From Chiloscyllium plagiosum (lineage: Eukaryota), in NCBI RefSeq assembly GCF_004010195.1, contig NC_057719.1:32496529-32554051 (forward strand): 57,523 bases of DNA, in the 5' to 3' direction. How positions within the stretch are numbered: position 1 is the stretch's first letter; the number at the start of each line of letters is the position of its first letter. Both the position numbers and the translations under genes were made by a program. The notes under the pieces were generated by a model. That model was not told where the DNA came from, made no database searches, and saw only the letters and a program-made list of their open reading frames with translations. Shown piece after piece: positions 46,610 through 57,523 of the stretch.

Positions 46610-47740
46610 TTCTAATGAGTTTGTGCCATTGCCTGTGGGGAATATGAGGTTTAAAGTGAATGTGTCTTGCTCCATTGACTTTTGTAGACCTAAGAGATCC
46701 TGAGATGCCAATCAGAACATAATGACCTTTCACTCAGTATATCATGAGATCAGGGCAGAATTGGATGGTGGGAACTACTCCCTTAGAAACAAAGAAACCA
46801 CATTGATAGCTTTTGAGCAAGCACTGTAATCAAGGAGAAATTGCAAATAAAACTTACAAATTCAAATGAAACTATGATTTTCGGGGCGACTGCTGCAGTC
46901 TAACCCCGCACTACCCAAGGAATGCTTTGAGTATACCAATTCACACTGCATGCTTCTTCTCTAAAGGTATAATAGTGAAAAGATGGACCGGCGTCTGGCT
47001 GAAAGACCTCCTTCACCAGCTGCTGTTTGACATGTTTATAGCTGCCTTGGCCAAGCCTAGGAACAGACTCACAAGGAAATCTTCTGATCTGTCTGACTGC
47101 CTCTGCACCAGCTGGCCAAAAATGAGGAATACGGGGCTGAAGGCAAATAAAATTTCAACAGTAGCCCCCTCAAAACATGGCACCAAGCGAAACAGAACAG
47201 AGGGTATTTCTGCGAGATGACTCAACTTGTGGGGCAGTGGTTCCCTCGGGAGGGCCAACCATCATGAAATCCTGTTTGTGATTTGTACATGAACAGGAAC
47301 ATGAACAGGAATCGTTGTTTGAGCAATGAGCTGAAACAAAAAGTATTTTCCTTTAATCAACCTGTTTAAATACTTGACAACACACCTCTGCAGCAGGTGG
47401 GACATGAACCTGGAGTCTCTGATCCAGAATTGGACAATATCAGTGCCCCTGGCCCTTTTAGACTATCCAGTCCCCTCCCCTACCTGGACCAGATTGCAAC
47501 CCTCTGTCCCCTGTGGCTCTAACAATTCCCTCAGTCAGCTAATAAAATCAGGCCACTGCCCAGACTTGAGCTGCCCACGGTTTCAATAATACCACGGATA
47601 TACCCTGGAAACTCCTCAGTTTAGAGACAAACCCCTGCTCCCTCCCCCACAACTCACCATGTCCGTGGAATGAATCTGCACGATTTCCCTGATTGACCGG
47701 CCAGCAAAACTTGGACTGATTTTGCTGGATACCATGACTG
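46610..47740 (-). repeat. Arm 2 of the inverted duplication
   Basis: Reverse complement of 42467-43680, except for a divergent or indel segment near 47260-47330. Confidence 0.92.
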
Positions 47741-48224
47741 ACTATGACCCAAATGCCACATGGAAATAACACCAATCCCTCAACTTTAATTGGATCAACT
47801 GCCTGAATGTGATCAACTCCTGGGACTGACTGTGGTAGCACACCTGACTGAAGGGTGTCCATCCTTATCCCAATTACCATGCCTTCCCTGTCTCATTCAC
47901 ATATTGCTAGCTTTACATACACATGTAGTGTTCTTGTCACCCATATTGAGGGTATATTCATCACTTCTGATGTTGTAGCACAGTGCCCTTTACCAACAAC
48001 ATGGAACCCTCCTTCTTGTTGATGCTTCACTGTTACCTGCAGCCACAAGCTCCCTCCTGGCCTTTTGCATGAAAATACCTTTCTGAGACAGACGTTGTTG
48101 GCAGACTAAGCTATCAATATGAAGCAGAAGCTGGTATTTGCTGTCTTCAGGGTGGGGTTCTAAGATGGGCTAGGGACACATTTCCTGAATCCCTTAGATA
48201 TGACTACTGCAGTAAAGATCAATA

Positions 48225-48580
48225 GATCATAACAAATAGGAACATCAGTAGGCCATTTGGCCCCTTCAGCCCATTCTGTCATTCAATAGCATCATGGCTG
48301 ATCCCACATTCCTCATATCCACTTTCCTGCTTTTTCCCCATAACTCATCATTTTCCTATTGATCAATAATCTATCTGTCTCAGCCTTAAAAACAGTTCTC
48401 TGTTGTAAGGAGTTTCAAAGACTCACAACCCTTTGAGAGGAAAAAAAAAATCCTCCCTATCTCAGTCTTAAGTTGGCTCCCTTTTAGTCTGAGACTATGT
48501 CCTCTGGTCCTAGACTCTCCCATGAGGGGAAACATTCTCTCAGCAGTACCCAAGCAAGCCCCTTAAGAATCCTATATGTA
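48225..48580 (-). mobile_element. CR1-like 3' end
   Basis: Contains CATAACAAATAGGAACATCAGTAGGCCATTTGGCCCC and CCTCTGGTCCTAGACTCTCCC. Confidence 0.65.
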
Positions 48581-49194
48581 AAAATAGCAACAAGTAAAGG
48601 TAAAGAACATTGAGAGGATTTCACTGACACACAAAACTCCATGCACACCCAAACTGGATGCTGAAGAACAAGTTAACAAGTGCACACTTGCTGTATGTGG
48701 TGGAGTTTTTGAAGCAGAGCATCTTGACTAAACAGAAGTTAATGATAAGGCAAAGTTAATTCCAGAAGGTCATGAAATTAATGAAAGATAAATGCACACA
48801 GATCAGTGTTTGCCACCTGATGGCAAGAAATGACTTTATTTAAATTGGAAGGACTTAATTACTGAAGTTTATCTTGAAAGAGAGAATCTGATTTTTGGAC
48901 TGTCACCTGATTAACACATCACATTTAACATTATCCTTGTCACCCCTGACAATGGAATATCACACACTATGGTGAAAATTGACGCAACAACCTTGTGGCT
49001 CAGAATTCAGAGTACCATCACTGAGCCACAGCATATACTGCTTGACAGTATGGAGAGGTACTCATTCCGAGAGGGATAGTCACAGAGGCTGCGTGCACTG
49101 CTATATATTCAGCAGTCATTCTTGTACTCATACACGTCTGAGTAAATTGTTGGGGTTCTATGCAGTCATGATTCCTTTTTAACCGCTCTGAGTC

Positions 49195-49815
49195 ATTGAG
49201 TCATAGAATCATAGAGGTCCACAGCACAGAAAGCCCTTTGGATCATTGAGACTGTGCTTGTCAAAACCAAGCACTTAACTATTCTAATCCATGTCCCAGC
49301 ATTTGGTCCACAGCCTTGCATGCTTTGGCATTGCAAATGCACATCTAAATACTTCTTACATGTAATGGAGTTTTCTGCCTTTCCCACCATGAAGCCAGTG
49401 AGTTCCAGATTCCCCACTACCCCCTGAGTTGACATTTTCTTTCCTCGCATCCCATCTCAACCTTCTTCCCCTGACCTTAAATCTGTGTCCCCAGTCTTTA
49501 ATCTCTCCACCACAATTAAATGTTTCTTCCTGTTTATTAATCTAATCATTTCTACATCTCAGTCATGTCCTCCCCTCAATCTCATTTGCTCCAAGACAAA
49601 CAACCCCAGTCTATGCAACCTCTCTTTGCAAGTAAAACTCTCTGGCCCAGGCAACCTCCAGTAAACCTCCTTTGCACCATCTCCAGTGCAATCACATTCC
49701 TTCAGTAATGTGGATTCCAGAACTTTATGCATTATTCTCACTGTGGTATAACCAATGTTTTATACAGTTCCAGCAACTCCCTGCTTTTAAACTCTATGTC
49801 TTGTTTAATAAATGC
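49195..49815 (-). mobile_element. CR1 3' part
   Basis: Has a CATAGAATCATAGAG tail and encodes ERLHRLGLFVLEQMRLRG. Confidence 0.75.
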
Positions 49816-50194
49816 AAGGCTTTATGTTGAGAAATATAAGTAGCATTGACCGAGTCCTCAGCAGTGAACTGTGCAGTATTTCCCTCATTTTATACCAAAA
49901 CTCGGGTACTTAATGCTGAAAGAAAAGAACAACCAGATCCTACTGGGCTTAGCAATGATCAAGGAACCAAACAGTAAGTCTTTGAAGCAGAAAATAAATG
50001 TTAATTCCTACTACAGTGACAATTTCCATTAGTACTTTTGATATTAATTACTAGATTAAATGGCTATCAGAGTCAAGTACTGAATCAAAAACTCAGTCAA
50101 GGAAATATCGTCAGGTGTCCAAATTAGATTTGCTCTTCCCCAATTGAAAAGCAAAGGAATTCCCGTTGCATTCCAGCACAGTTCAAGCAGGGGC

Positions 50195-50775
50195 ATAGAA
50201 TCCAAGAGCTAGAATGTGATATTCAACTTGACTAAGATACTTGTTAGACGTCATCTGGAGTATTGCTTACGATTGCAGGTACCACATTGTCAGAAAAATG
50301 TGAATGCATTGGAAAGAGCACAGAATCAATTGACAAGGATGGTTCCATGAATGATACCCTGACAGACAAAAGAAGTTGAGATTGTTCTTTTTGAAGAAAA
50401 GAAGATTGAAAGGAGATTTGATAGAGGTTTTCAAAATCACTTGGATAGGGTAGATAGGGGAGAGCTGTTTCGGTTTATAAAAGGAAAAAAAAACACCAGA
50501 GAACATATATTTATAGCGCTGAACAAACAAAACAAGAGTGATGCATGACCAAAACTTTTTTTAACAAAACAAGTAGCTAGGGTATGGAATGCACAGCCTG
50601 GAAATGTAGTAGAGGCAGGTTTGAACTGACGCATTCAAAAGTGCATTAGATTAATATTTGGCTAGAAATGATGTTCAGGGAATTGGGGATACGTTAGGAG
50701 ATAGAGACTGTGTGATAGAACCAGAGTAGCATAATGGACCAAATGGCCTCCAATTGCACCATAACAATTCTGTCA
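50195..50775 (+). mobile_element. Old CR1 3' part
   Basis: Shows HLEYC-like, LERAQ..LTRMVP and RRLKGDLIEVFKI segments. Confidence 0.7.
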
Positions 50776-51819
50776 TCTTCAGATGACATAGCAATAGAGT
50801 ACAACTACAGGCAATTATAATAATTGTAGCTGTCGAACAAAGTTGATCCTGGTAGTGTTTGAGGACACTACAGTGGCCATGGCACCAATAGAGAAGCCCA
50901 AAACTTCCACACAACATAATTGAGACTTTCGTTTAACCTTTTAAATTGAAGGATATGGGAGCAATGATGCAGAGCACTGTTCATTCAGCACAAATACTGT
51001 CTTTTCTTCTAGTGAAGAGATTCCCATTAGATACATTGAAAAGGGATGACAAGATTTATTTGTAGCTATTTAAAATAATAAAACCCGTCAAAGTTGCTTC
51101 TGGTGAGTAATTCAGTTAATGTTAGTGAAATGAATAGATACAGAGCTATAGATGCATCAGCGAAGGAACAGTCCTTTCCTCATAAACCAACATTAATTTT
51201 GCTTCAAAAATGCATCCATTTTTGTATTAAAAGATACAATGCCATCTTCCTCAATTACTTTTTTGGCCAAACATTCCATGTTCCAATAATCTTCTCCATA
51301 AATAGATTCCTCCTCAGCTTTATCCTCAATCACTTGGTAGCAATTTTAAATTAACAACTGACCAACTGAGGAATTGGGCTTCACATATTTTTTCTATCAA
51401 GATGTTTCAGCAAGTTGACAGTTACACACGAAGATAGGACCCTGGCGCAACATTGTAATGTTGTCATGGAGCTGCAACCCACCATGTATAAATACCACAG
51501 GAGATGAATTAGAATGCTCTGGAAGAAACCAGACTAGAAGGATCACACAGGAAGACATGATTGAATGAGACTCACTAAAGAAAAGTCAATAAACTTAAAA
51601 CACTTGAAGAAGATAGGTCAATCAACGCTAGATGTAACTATTTCATATTAATGTGCGATAATTAGAGGTCACAACCTGAAGACCGTTTTGTCTTCTCCAC
51701 AACGAGTCTATAAAGAACTTAAAATCACTGGACTGAATTTTCTTTTTTCTTTTTGGCTAAATTCAAATTGCGTCAAATTTTATGAAGGTATTTTGGTCAT
51801 AGGGTCAAGCATGTTTTAA

Positions 51820-53400
51820 AGTCATAGAGATGTACAGCATGGAAACAAACCCTTTGGTCCAACTTACCTATGCCGACCAGATAACCTAAATAAATCTCAT
51901 CCATCTGCCAGCATTTGACCCATATAAAATCTTCCCTTCCCACTCTCTCTCTCTCAATCACCCCCACTCTCTCTCTCCCCCTCTCCACACAGTCTCTCTC
52001 ACCTCTACTCTCTTTCTTACCTGCTCCCCGCCACTCTCTCCCTCTAAACCCTTCCCATTCATATATCTATCCAGATGCTTTTTCAATGATGTAATTGTAC
52101 CAGCCTCCACCACTTCCTCTGGCAGCTCATTCCATACATGTACCACCCTCTGCATGGAAAAGTTGCCCCTTAGGTCTCTTTTAAATTTTTCCTGTCTCAA
52201 CTTAAACCTATACCCTGTAATTTTGGACTCCCCCAACTCAGGGAGTAAACCTTGTCTATTTACCCTATCCATGCCACTCATGGTTTTATAAACCTCTATA
52301 AGGTCACCTCTCAGCCTCCAACTCTCCAGGGAAAACAGCCCTAGTCTATTCAGCCTCTCCCAAAAGCTTAAAACCTCCAGTCCTGAAAACATCCTTACAA
52401 ATCTTTTCTGAACCCTTTCAAGTTTCTCAACATCCTACCTATAGCAGGGAGACCAGAATTGCTTGCAATATTCCAATAGTGGTCTAACTAATGTCCTGTA
52501 CAGCTACAACATGTCTTCCCAACTCCTATACTCAATGCACTGACCAATAAAGGCAAGCATGCCAAACACCTTCTTCACTATCCTATTTACCTATGACTCC
52601 ACTTTCAAGGAACTATGTACCCACACTCAAAGGTCTCTTTGTTCACCAACACTATCATTAAGTGTCTACGTCCTGCCCTTATTTGCCCTTCCAAAATGAA
52701 GCACCTCACATTTATCTAAATTAAACTCATCTGCCACCCCTCTGCCCACTGGCCCGTCTGATGACGATCTCATTGTAATCTGAGTTAGCCTTCTTTCCTA
52801 TCCACTACACCTCCAATTTTGGTGTCATTTGTAAACTTATTAACCATATCTCCTATGTTCACATCTAAATCATTTATATAATTGATGAAAAGCAGTGAAC
52901 CCAGCATCAATCCATGTGGCATACTGGTGGTCAAAGGTCTCCAGTCTGAAAAGCAACCCTTCACCACCACCCTCTGTCTTCTACCTTTGAGTCAGTTCTG
53001 TATCCAAATGGCTAGTTCTCTCTATATTCTGTGCAATCTAACCTTGCTAACCAGTCTATCATAGGAACCATGTTGAACATCTTCCTGACGTCCACATAAA
53101 TCACCCACCGCTCTGCTCTCATCAATCCTTTTCATTATGTCGTCAACAAACCAAATGAAGTTTGTGAGACACGATTACCTACGCACAAAGCCATGTTGAT
53201 TAAATCTAATCAGTCCTTGCCTTTCCAAATACATGTAAATCCTGTCCCTCAGGATTCCCTCCAATAACTTGACCACCACCAATGTCAGGCTCACTGGTCT
53301 ATAGTTCCCTGGATTTTCATGACACCTTTCTTAAATAGTGGCACCATGTTAGCCAACTTCCAGTTTTCCAGCACCTCACCCGTGCCTATCGATAGTACAA
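51820..53400 (-). mobile_element. 5'-truncated CR1/HER1 LINE with a CT-rich expansion in its 3' UTR
   Basis: ORF 51958-52392 ([23 protein letters not shown]) and 52785-52970 (NKFTNDTKIGG). A (CT)-rich tract lies at ~51930-52040. Confidence 0.92.
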
Positions 53401-53599
53401 ATATCTTGCTATATGTTACCAAATTCACCTTATTAACTTGCCTTTCTGGCATCCATCGTGTCCAATTTGCAACCCAATCTTACCAATGCTTTTCCCAGAA
53501 CAACTTACCATCAGCAGATATTTGTAATTCCCTTATATCCACACATTTTTAAAACCCATTATGCAACTGTCAATTTAAATCCGGCCTCCATGTCAGGAG

Positions 53600-53845
53600 C
53601 AAATGTCAGGAACCATGACAGACAGAGCTAAATCATTGCCCTATTTTGTAGGTATTGAACTGGAGCTCCTACTGGATGGGGTGGTGCAGAGGCGGGATTT
53701 TTCTTTCCTCCAAGACCAGCAATGGAGTCCACAACACCAAACTATGCCAATCTTATCTAAGGTTGCCAGCCAGGTAACAGTAGTGCCAGTCATTAAGACG
53801 AATGCACAAGAAGAGGGTCAATTACTTTTTCCATTCCACTGGCAT
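53600..53845 (+). mobile_element. Possible PIF/Harbinger Myb/SANT-like DNA-binding relic
   Basis: PYFVGIELELLLDGVVQRRD...LSKVASQV resembles the F..xxLExLL..V..R / W..VA..V pattern of Harbinger Myb proteins. The conserved W is absent. Confidence 0.45.
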
Positions 53846-55594
53846 AAGTGCTGCCATCTTCTCCCCAATATACCACACACTCTATCTCTGCCTTCTACCA
53901 AGGCTCTTGTTCTATCATGCTCACTAACTGTCAATCACCCCATACTCTGACACTCCTAACCTTGCATGGCTTTCTGTGTGCCTACTCACTTTGTCAGCAG
54001 GCTCTCTCTACCTGTATCAAAAGGAGCAGCTGGGCCACCCACTTTCATCTCCTGTAATACCTGCGTCTTTTACATTCCAGGAGGGAAACAGCCCTCTGGA
54101 AAGCAGGAAGTGTCGGGATGGCTACCTGACAATCAGCTCCTCACCCCTTTTCTGGAGAACATCCAGATTCTCACCATCCTCAGTGGGTGACTGATGGTGT
54201 TCCAGACCCCTGCACTGGTTTCAAAGACTTCACTTGACTTACTGTGGTAGGAGCGCCTGACCAAAGGCTACCTCCCTTTGACTGAAGTCTTTTTACAAGC
54301 ACGACAATGTCTGTGTGTTAAATCTATGGTAAGTGGCAAGAAACGACAGAAACAATAAGAGCCTCATGTGTTTTAATGAGGAAGCAAAGTGCACATAAGG
54401 AGAATGAGGTATGGTGGGATGGTGTGAACATCCAGGTCGAGTCAGAGTGAGGGAGTATTATGACAATGAATGAAGTGCCCAGAGATGCAGCCTGGTCCAA
54501 TCCAATAGATGCATCCATGTCCGCGATGCTGAGTGCCCTTGCCGCCATAGTACAATGATTGGTGCTGCTGCAACACAAGGTGCATCATTGAAGAGCAGAT
54601 TGGAGGTGTGCCATGCAGGTTCTTGGAGGTTGATACATGTTGACACCAATATCCATGGACATGGGGTGAGTATGGAATGTGCCCTGAGATGCTGGTGCCT
54701 AGTGTACACATGGAAGTCCTTTGGACTAAGCAGTTATCAGGTACTCATTTTTATTTCTCGATCAAGATTTCTTGATGTCTAGCTTGTTTGGCAAGATTGT
54801 TAAGATAGAAAGCTAAATACTGATGAGTCATGATGGTTATCAACAAGGTGTTTAAGATGCACTAGTCCCCTTAGTTGGCAACTCATGGCTGCCCAATGAG
54901 AAAACTCATTGTGCCACTTGTGAAAAGGATAAAATGCAGCGTAATGCTTCAATGGCGCAAAAGTATGTCTCCCTGGATATACAGTGTACCCCACAATGTA
55001 GCATCTAATCAATAAATGTTTAAAAAGCTTTATTAATTTTTTAAGTTCTACTATCTTCACTCCCTGCAAGGTAAACCTATCCAGACAAACTTATTGTCAA
55101 CTTAAGACCTTAGCTATGAGAAATTTCAGATCATTAAAGAAATTTTATCAGGTTTACCAGCTATAGACTGGGTCCTGTAAGGTAATGTTCTCCTAGTTAA
55201 GTGTTTGCAAATAAGCTAAATTATCTCAGGGTAGAACAGAACTATACTGTTACAGAGACAACTTTTTTTTAAGTTTACCAATATCAGCACTTAGAATACT
55301 AAGAAATTGTTATCAAGATATGGACTTGTGAGAATAAAAACATGGCACCACAGCATTTTAATTATTATTTATGAATGTGTATTGTAAGGATTAATTCTAA
55401 ATTGCATTACAAAAATAAATAACCAAAAGTACGGTATTATAGTGTACAAATTTAAAGTTAATCACTTCACTTATACAATGGTAAATACTCTAAGAAAAGT
55501 AAATTTTAATCAATGCCTTTCCTTAATAAGGAATGGTAGCTACATAATCAATCAATTATCGTTATAACACAATTATTTGTTCCTGATCTTTGGA

Positions 55595-55870
55595 CACCCA
55601 GTGTAGAGGGGTGTAAGCAAATTGGAGCATCTCTTCGTGGATCTGCTCCTGGGCCTGGCCAGGCTGGCAATAAACAGGTCCAGATAGCAGGCCAAGGAGG
55701 GTGCCATTTCTGACAACTGCCTGCCCCTCTTTCATAGTTTCATTCGAACCTGGGCATCCTTGGAGAGGGAGCAAGCAGTGTCCATGAATGCTGTCAGTGC
55801 CATTAAAGAGAGGTGGGCACTATGGGGGATGATGTGCTTTATTTCTACCCCCCCTCCACCCCCCCACTCT
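55595..55870 (+). mobile_element. Tx1-like LINE 3' fragment
   Basis: Encodes LFVDLLLGLARLAINRSR..A.EG....CLPLF, similar to the fragment at 43215-43370. Confidence 0.6.
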
Positions 55871-56886
55871 ATTTTGATTTAATCTCTACCCTCTTCCTTC
55901 ACCACCTTCATGTAAGCATTTCCCTTATTGGGCTTTGCTTGTTACTGGTTCACTGGCCACATGAGTGTTTTTCGTGGTGGTAGAAATATTGAATAAAATT
56001 ATTTGCACAAAAAACACAACTATTCTATTTGCACAGTACTGAAATATATCTCAAAGATTCTTGGGTATGCAGCCAAATAAGATTTAAAGAAACTGTACTC
56101 ACAATGCAATTTTCTTTTAGAATTTTTTGGTCTCAATCTTTAAAAAGGGAACTTTCTTGGAGCTTTCTTGTGTCCATTAGATGGCTGATTTGTCTCTCTG
56201 TTTATATGTGGGTGTAATAGGTTATCTCTGTGGCACAGATAGGGACTTTCATTTTTCATTGTATACTCTCAAAACCAAAATCTTATCACTGGTTTAAAAC
56301 TGTACCTTTTGTGAATTGGAACAGTTCATGTGTCTGCATACTCTCTAACACGGTGTTGCAGAAATTTTTCATTAGTAATGTCATTAAGATCCTAAACATT
56401 CCTGTACTTTTCTACAATAATTTCTGACTAGTTTCCTGACACATATTCAAAGACTGCATAGAACGCACTTTATTTCCATTAATTCTGACCAATTTATTTA
56501 TCACCTCATTTGTTCGTTAAATTGATCAGCTCTTTCTCCAGTCCTCCTCTTTAATATGTATTATGAAATCTGCACTACAGTATTCATGGTGAATGTTGTG
56601 GTCTGTCCCCCTGAACTATCTATGATGCCTTGAATAGGTTTGTTGCCATCAATCCTTCTCATTAATATTAGACTAGGTTTTTACATCGTAATGGGGCAGG
56701 ATACCCCCACAAATTCTTCAATAGAAGATAGGTACAGTCTTAATAAACAAATAGGTTTATTACATAAAGTTTAAGAGCTAGTTGCATTTTATTGGGGTTA
56801 TATGATAATCTCTTGTGCGGCCACCTAGTATGGGTTTGCACACCACATCCTTGCAATCCAAGGGGGAATAGGAGCATGGATAACAG

Positions 56887-57523
56887 ATTTTTTTTTATTT
56901 TTATTTCAAAAATATACTTTATTCATAAAATAATTTGATGGTCTGTACAGTTGGTCATGCCATACATATGTAAACATGTACATACAGAGATCAGAATTTA
57001 TCATTTTTATACAGGTCTGTACATTTTTCAATCATATGCCCATACAAATAGCTGAGGCGTCAGCAGAGCCCAAATGACTGCGGTGCGGTGCGGCTGAGAG
57101 TCCGGGTGTGCATAAAGGATCTCACAGGCAGAGCCCTTCTCACCACCAGCCAAGCCATGTCTTGGTGCTTGTTGGAAAGTTCTGGCGATGAGGCATTCTG
57201 CCAAATGGCTTTGACAGTCTGCTCAGGGAACCGCTCGATAGGATCCGCCCTCTCCTTTTCCCGAAGGGTCTCAAGGACACTACGTGCTGACCACTTCCTA
57301 CTGGACTTGTGGTCAAAGGTGTTTACGGTCACCTTGCAATCCGCCACCATGTGGCCTGACCTCCCGCAGGTTCGGCACACTTTTGGCTGCCCTGCGTATG
57401 TCAGGTAACCTCTGCTTCCTCCGATGGCAAAGCTGGAGGGTGGGTGGAGGATGTTCCCACTGGCATCGACCCTCAGGGTTACCCTGACCTGTCGTTTGCT
57501 GGTCCAGATCCCGAAAGGATCGA
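56887..57523 (-). mobile_element. Young, internally deleted Tx1/L1-like element (runs off the right edge)
   Basis: The A-rich tail with AATAAA is at ~56887-56925. One open frame from the window end to 57060 reads DPFGIWTSKRQVRVTLR..HPPSSFAIGGSRGYLTYAGQPKVCRTCGRSGHMVADCK (ZCCHC3-like ORF1 knuckle), then NTFDHKS..KWSAR...WQNASSPELSNKHQDMAWLVVRRALPVR (ORF2 C-terminal region). Confidence 0.8.

Noticed and set aside
42467..47740. Single 5.3 kb DNA transposon with 1.2 kb TIRs
   Set aside because: The spacer holds no transposase, appears to continue the LINE lying left of arm 1, and I saw no flanking TSD.
57060..57523. Host ZCCHC3 gene
   Set aside because: The ZCCHC3-like segment is joined to Tx1 ORF2 sequence and an A-rich tail, so it is retrotransposon ORF1 and not a supported orthologue.

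Overview
This is eukaryotic, repeat-dense, apparently non-coding genomic DNA from a cartilaginous fish, probably a shark. The taxon is inferred from HE1-type V-SINEs, a SacSINE1/Deu-type SINE and HER1/CR1 LINEs. I found no host protein-coding exon. The window contains many CR1 LINE fragments, including an ORF1 SGNH-esterase domain, and two Penelope-like element (PLE) insertions with inverted termini and 14-15 bp target-site duplications (TSDs). It also holds about 12 minimal hammerhead-ribozyme-like motifs in three sequence families, and ~210 bp palindromic, TSD-flanked mini-elements with a hammerhead remnant on each strand. Other features are a decayed Gmr1-type Ty3/gypsy LTR retrotransposon (PR-IN-RT-RH order, one LTR, PPT, tRNA-Pro-like PBS), two further gypsy relics, RTE, Tx1 and Harbinger relics, a ~2.1 kb 33-bp GC-rich minisatellite, a ~1.2 kb inverted local duplication inserted into an old LINE, and a young internally deleted Tx1-like element whose ORF1 zinc knuckle is fused in frame to the end of ORF2. 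The best candidate for an undescribed system is the non-autonomous, fold-back, hammerhead-bearing PLE-derived mini-element family, though hammerheads in PLEs are already known in general. All family names come from motif recognition by eye, not from database searches, and most boundaries are approximate.
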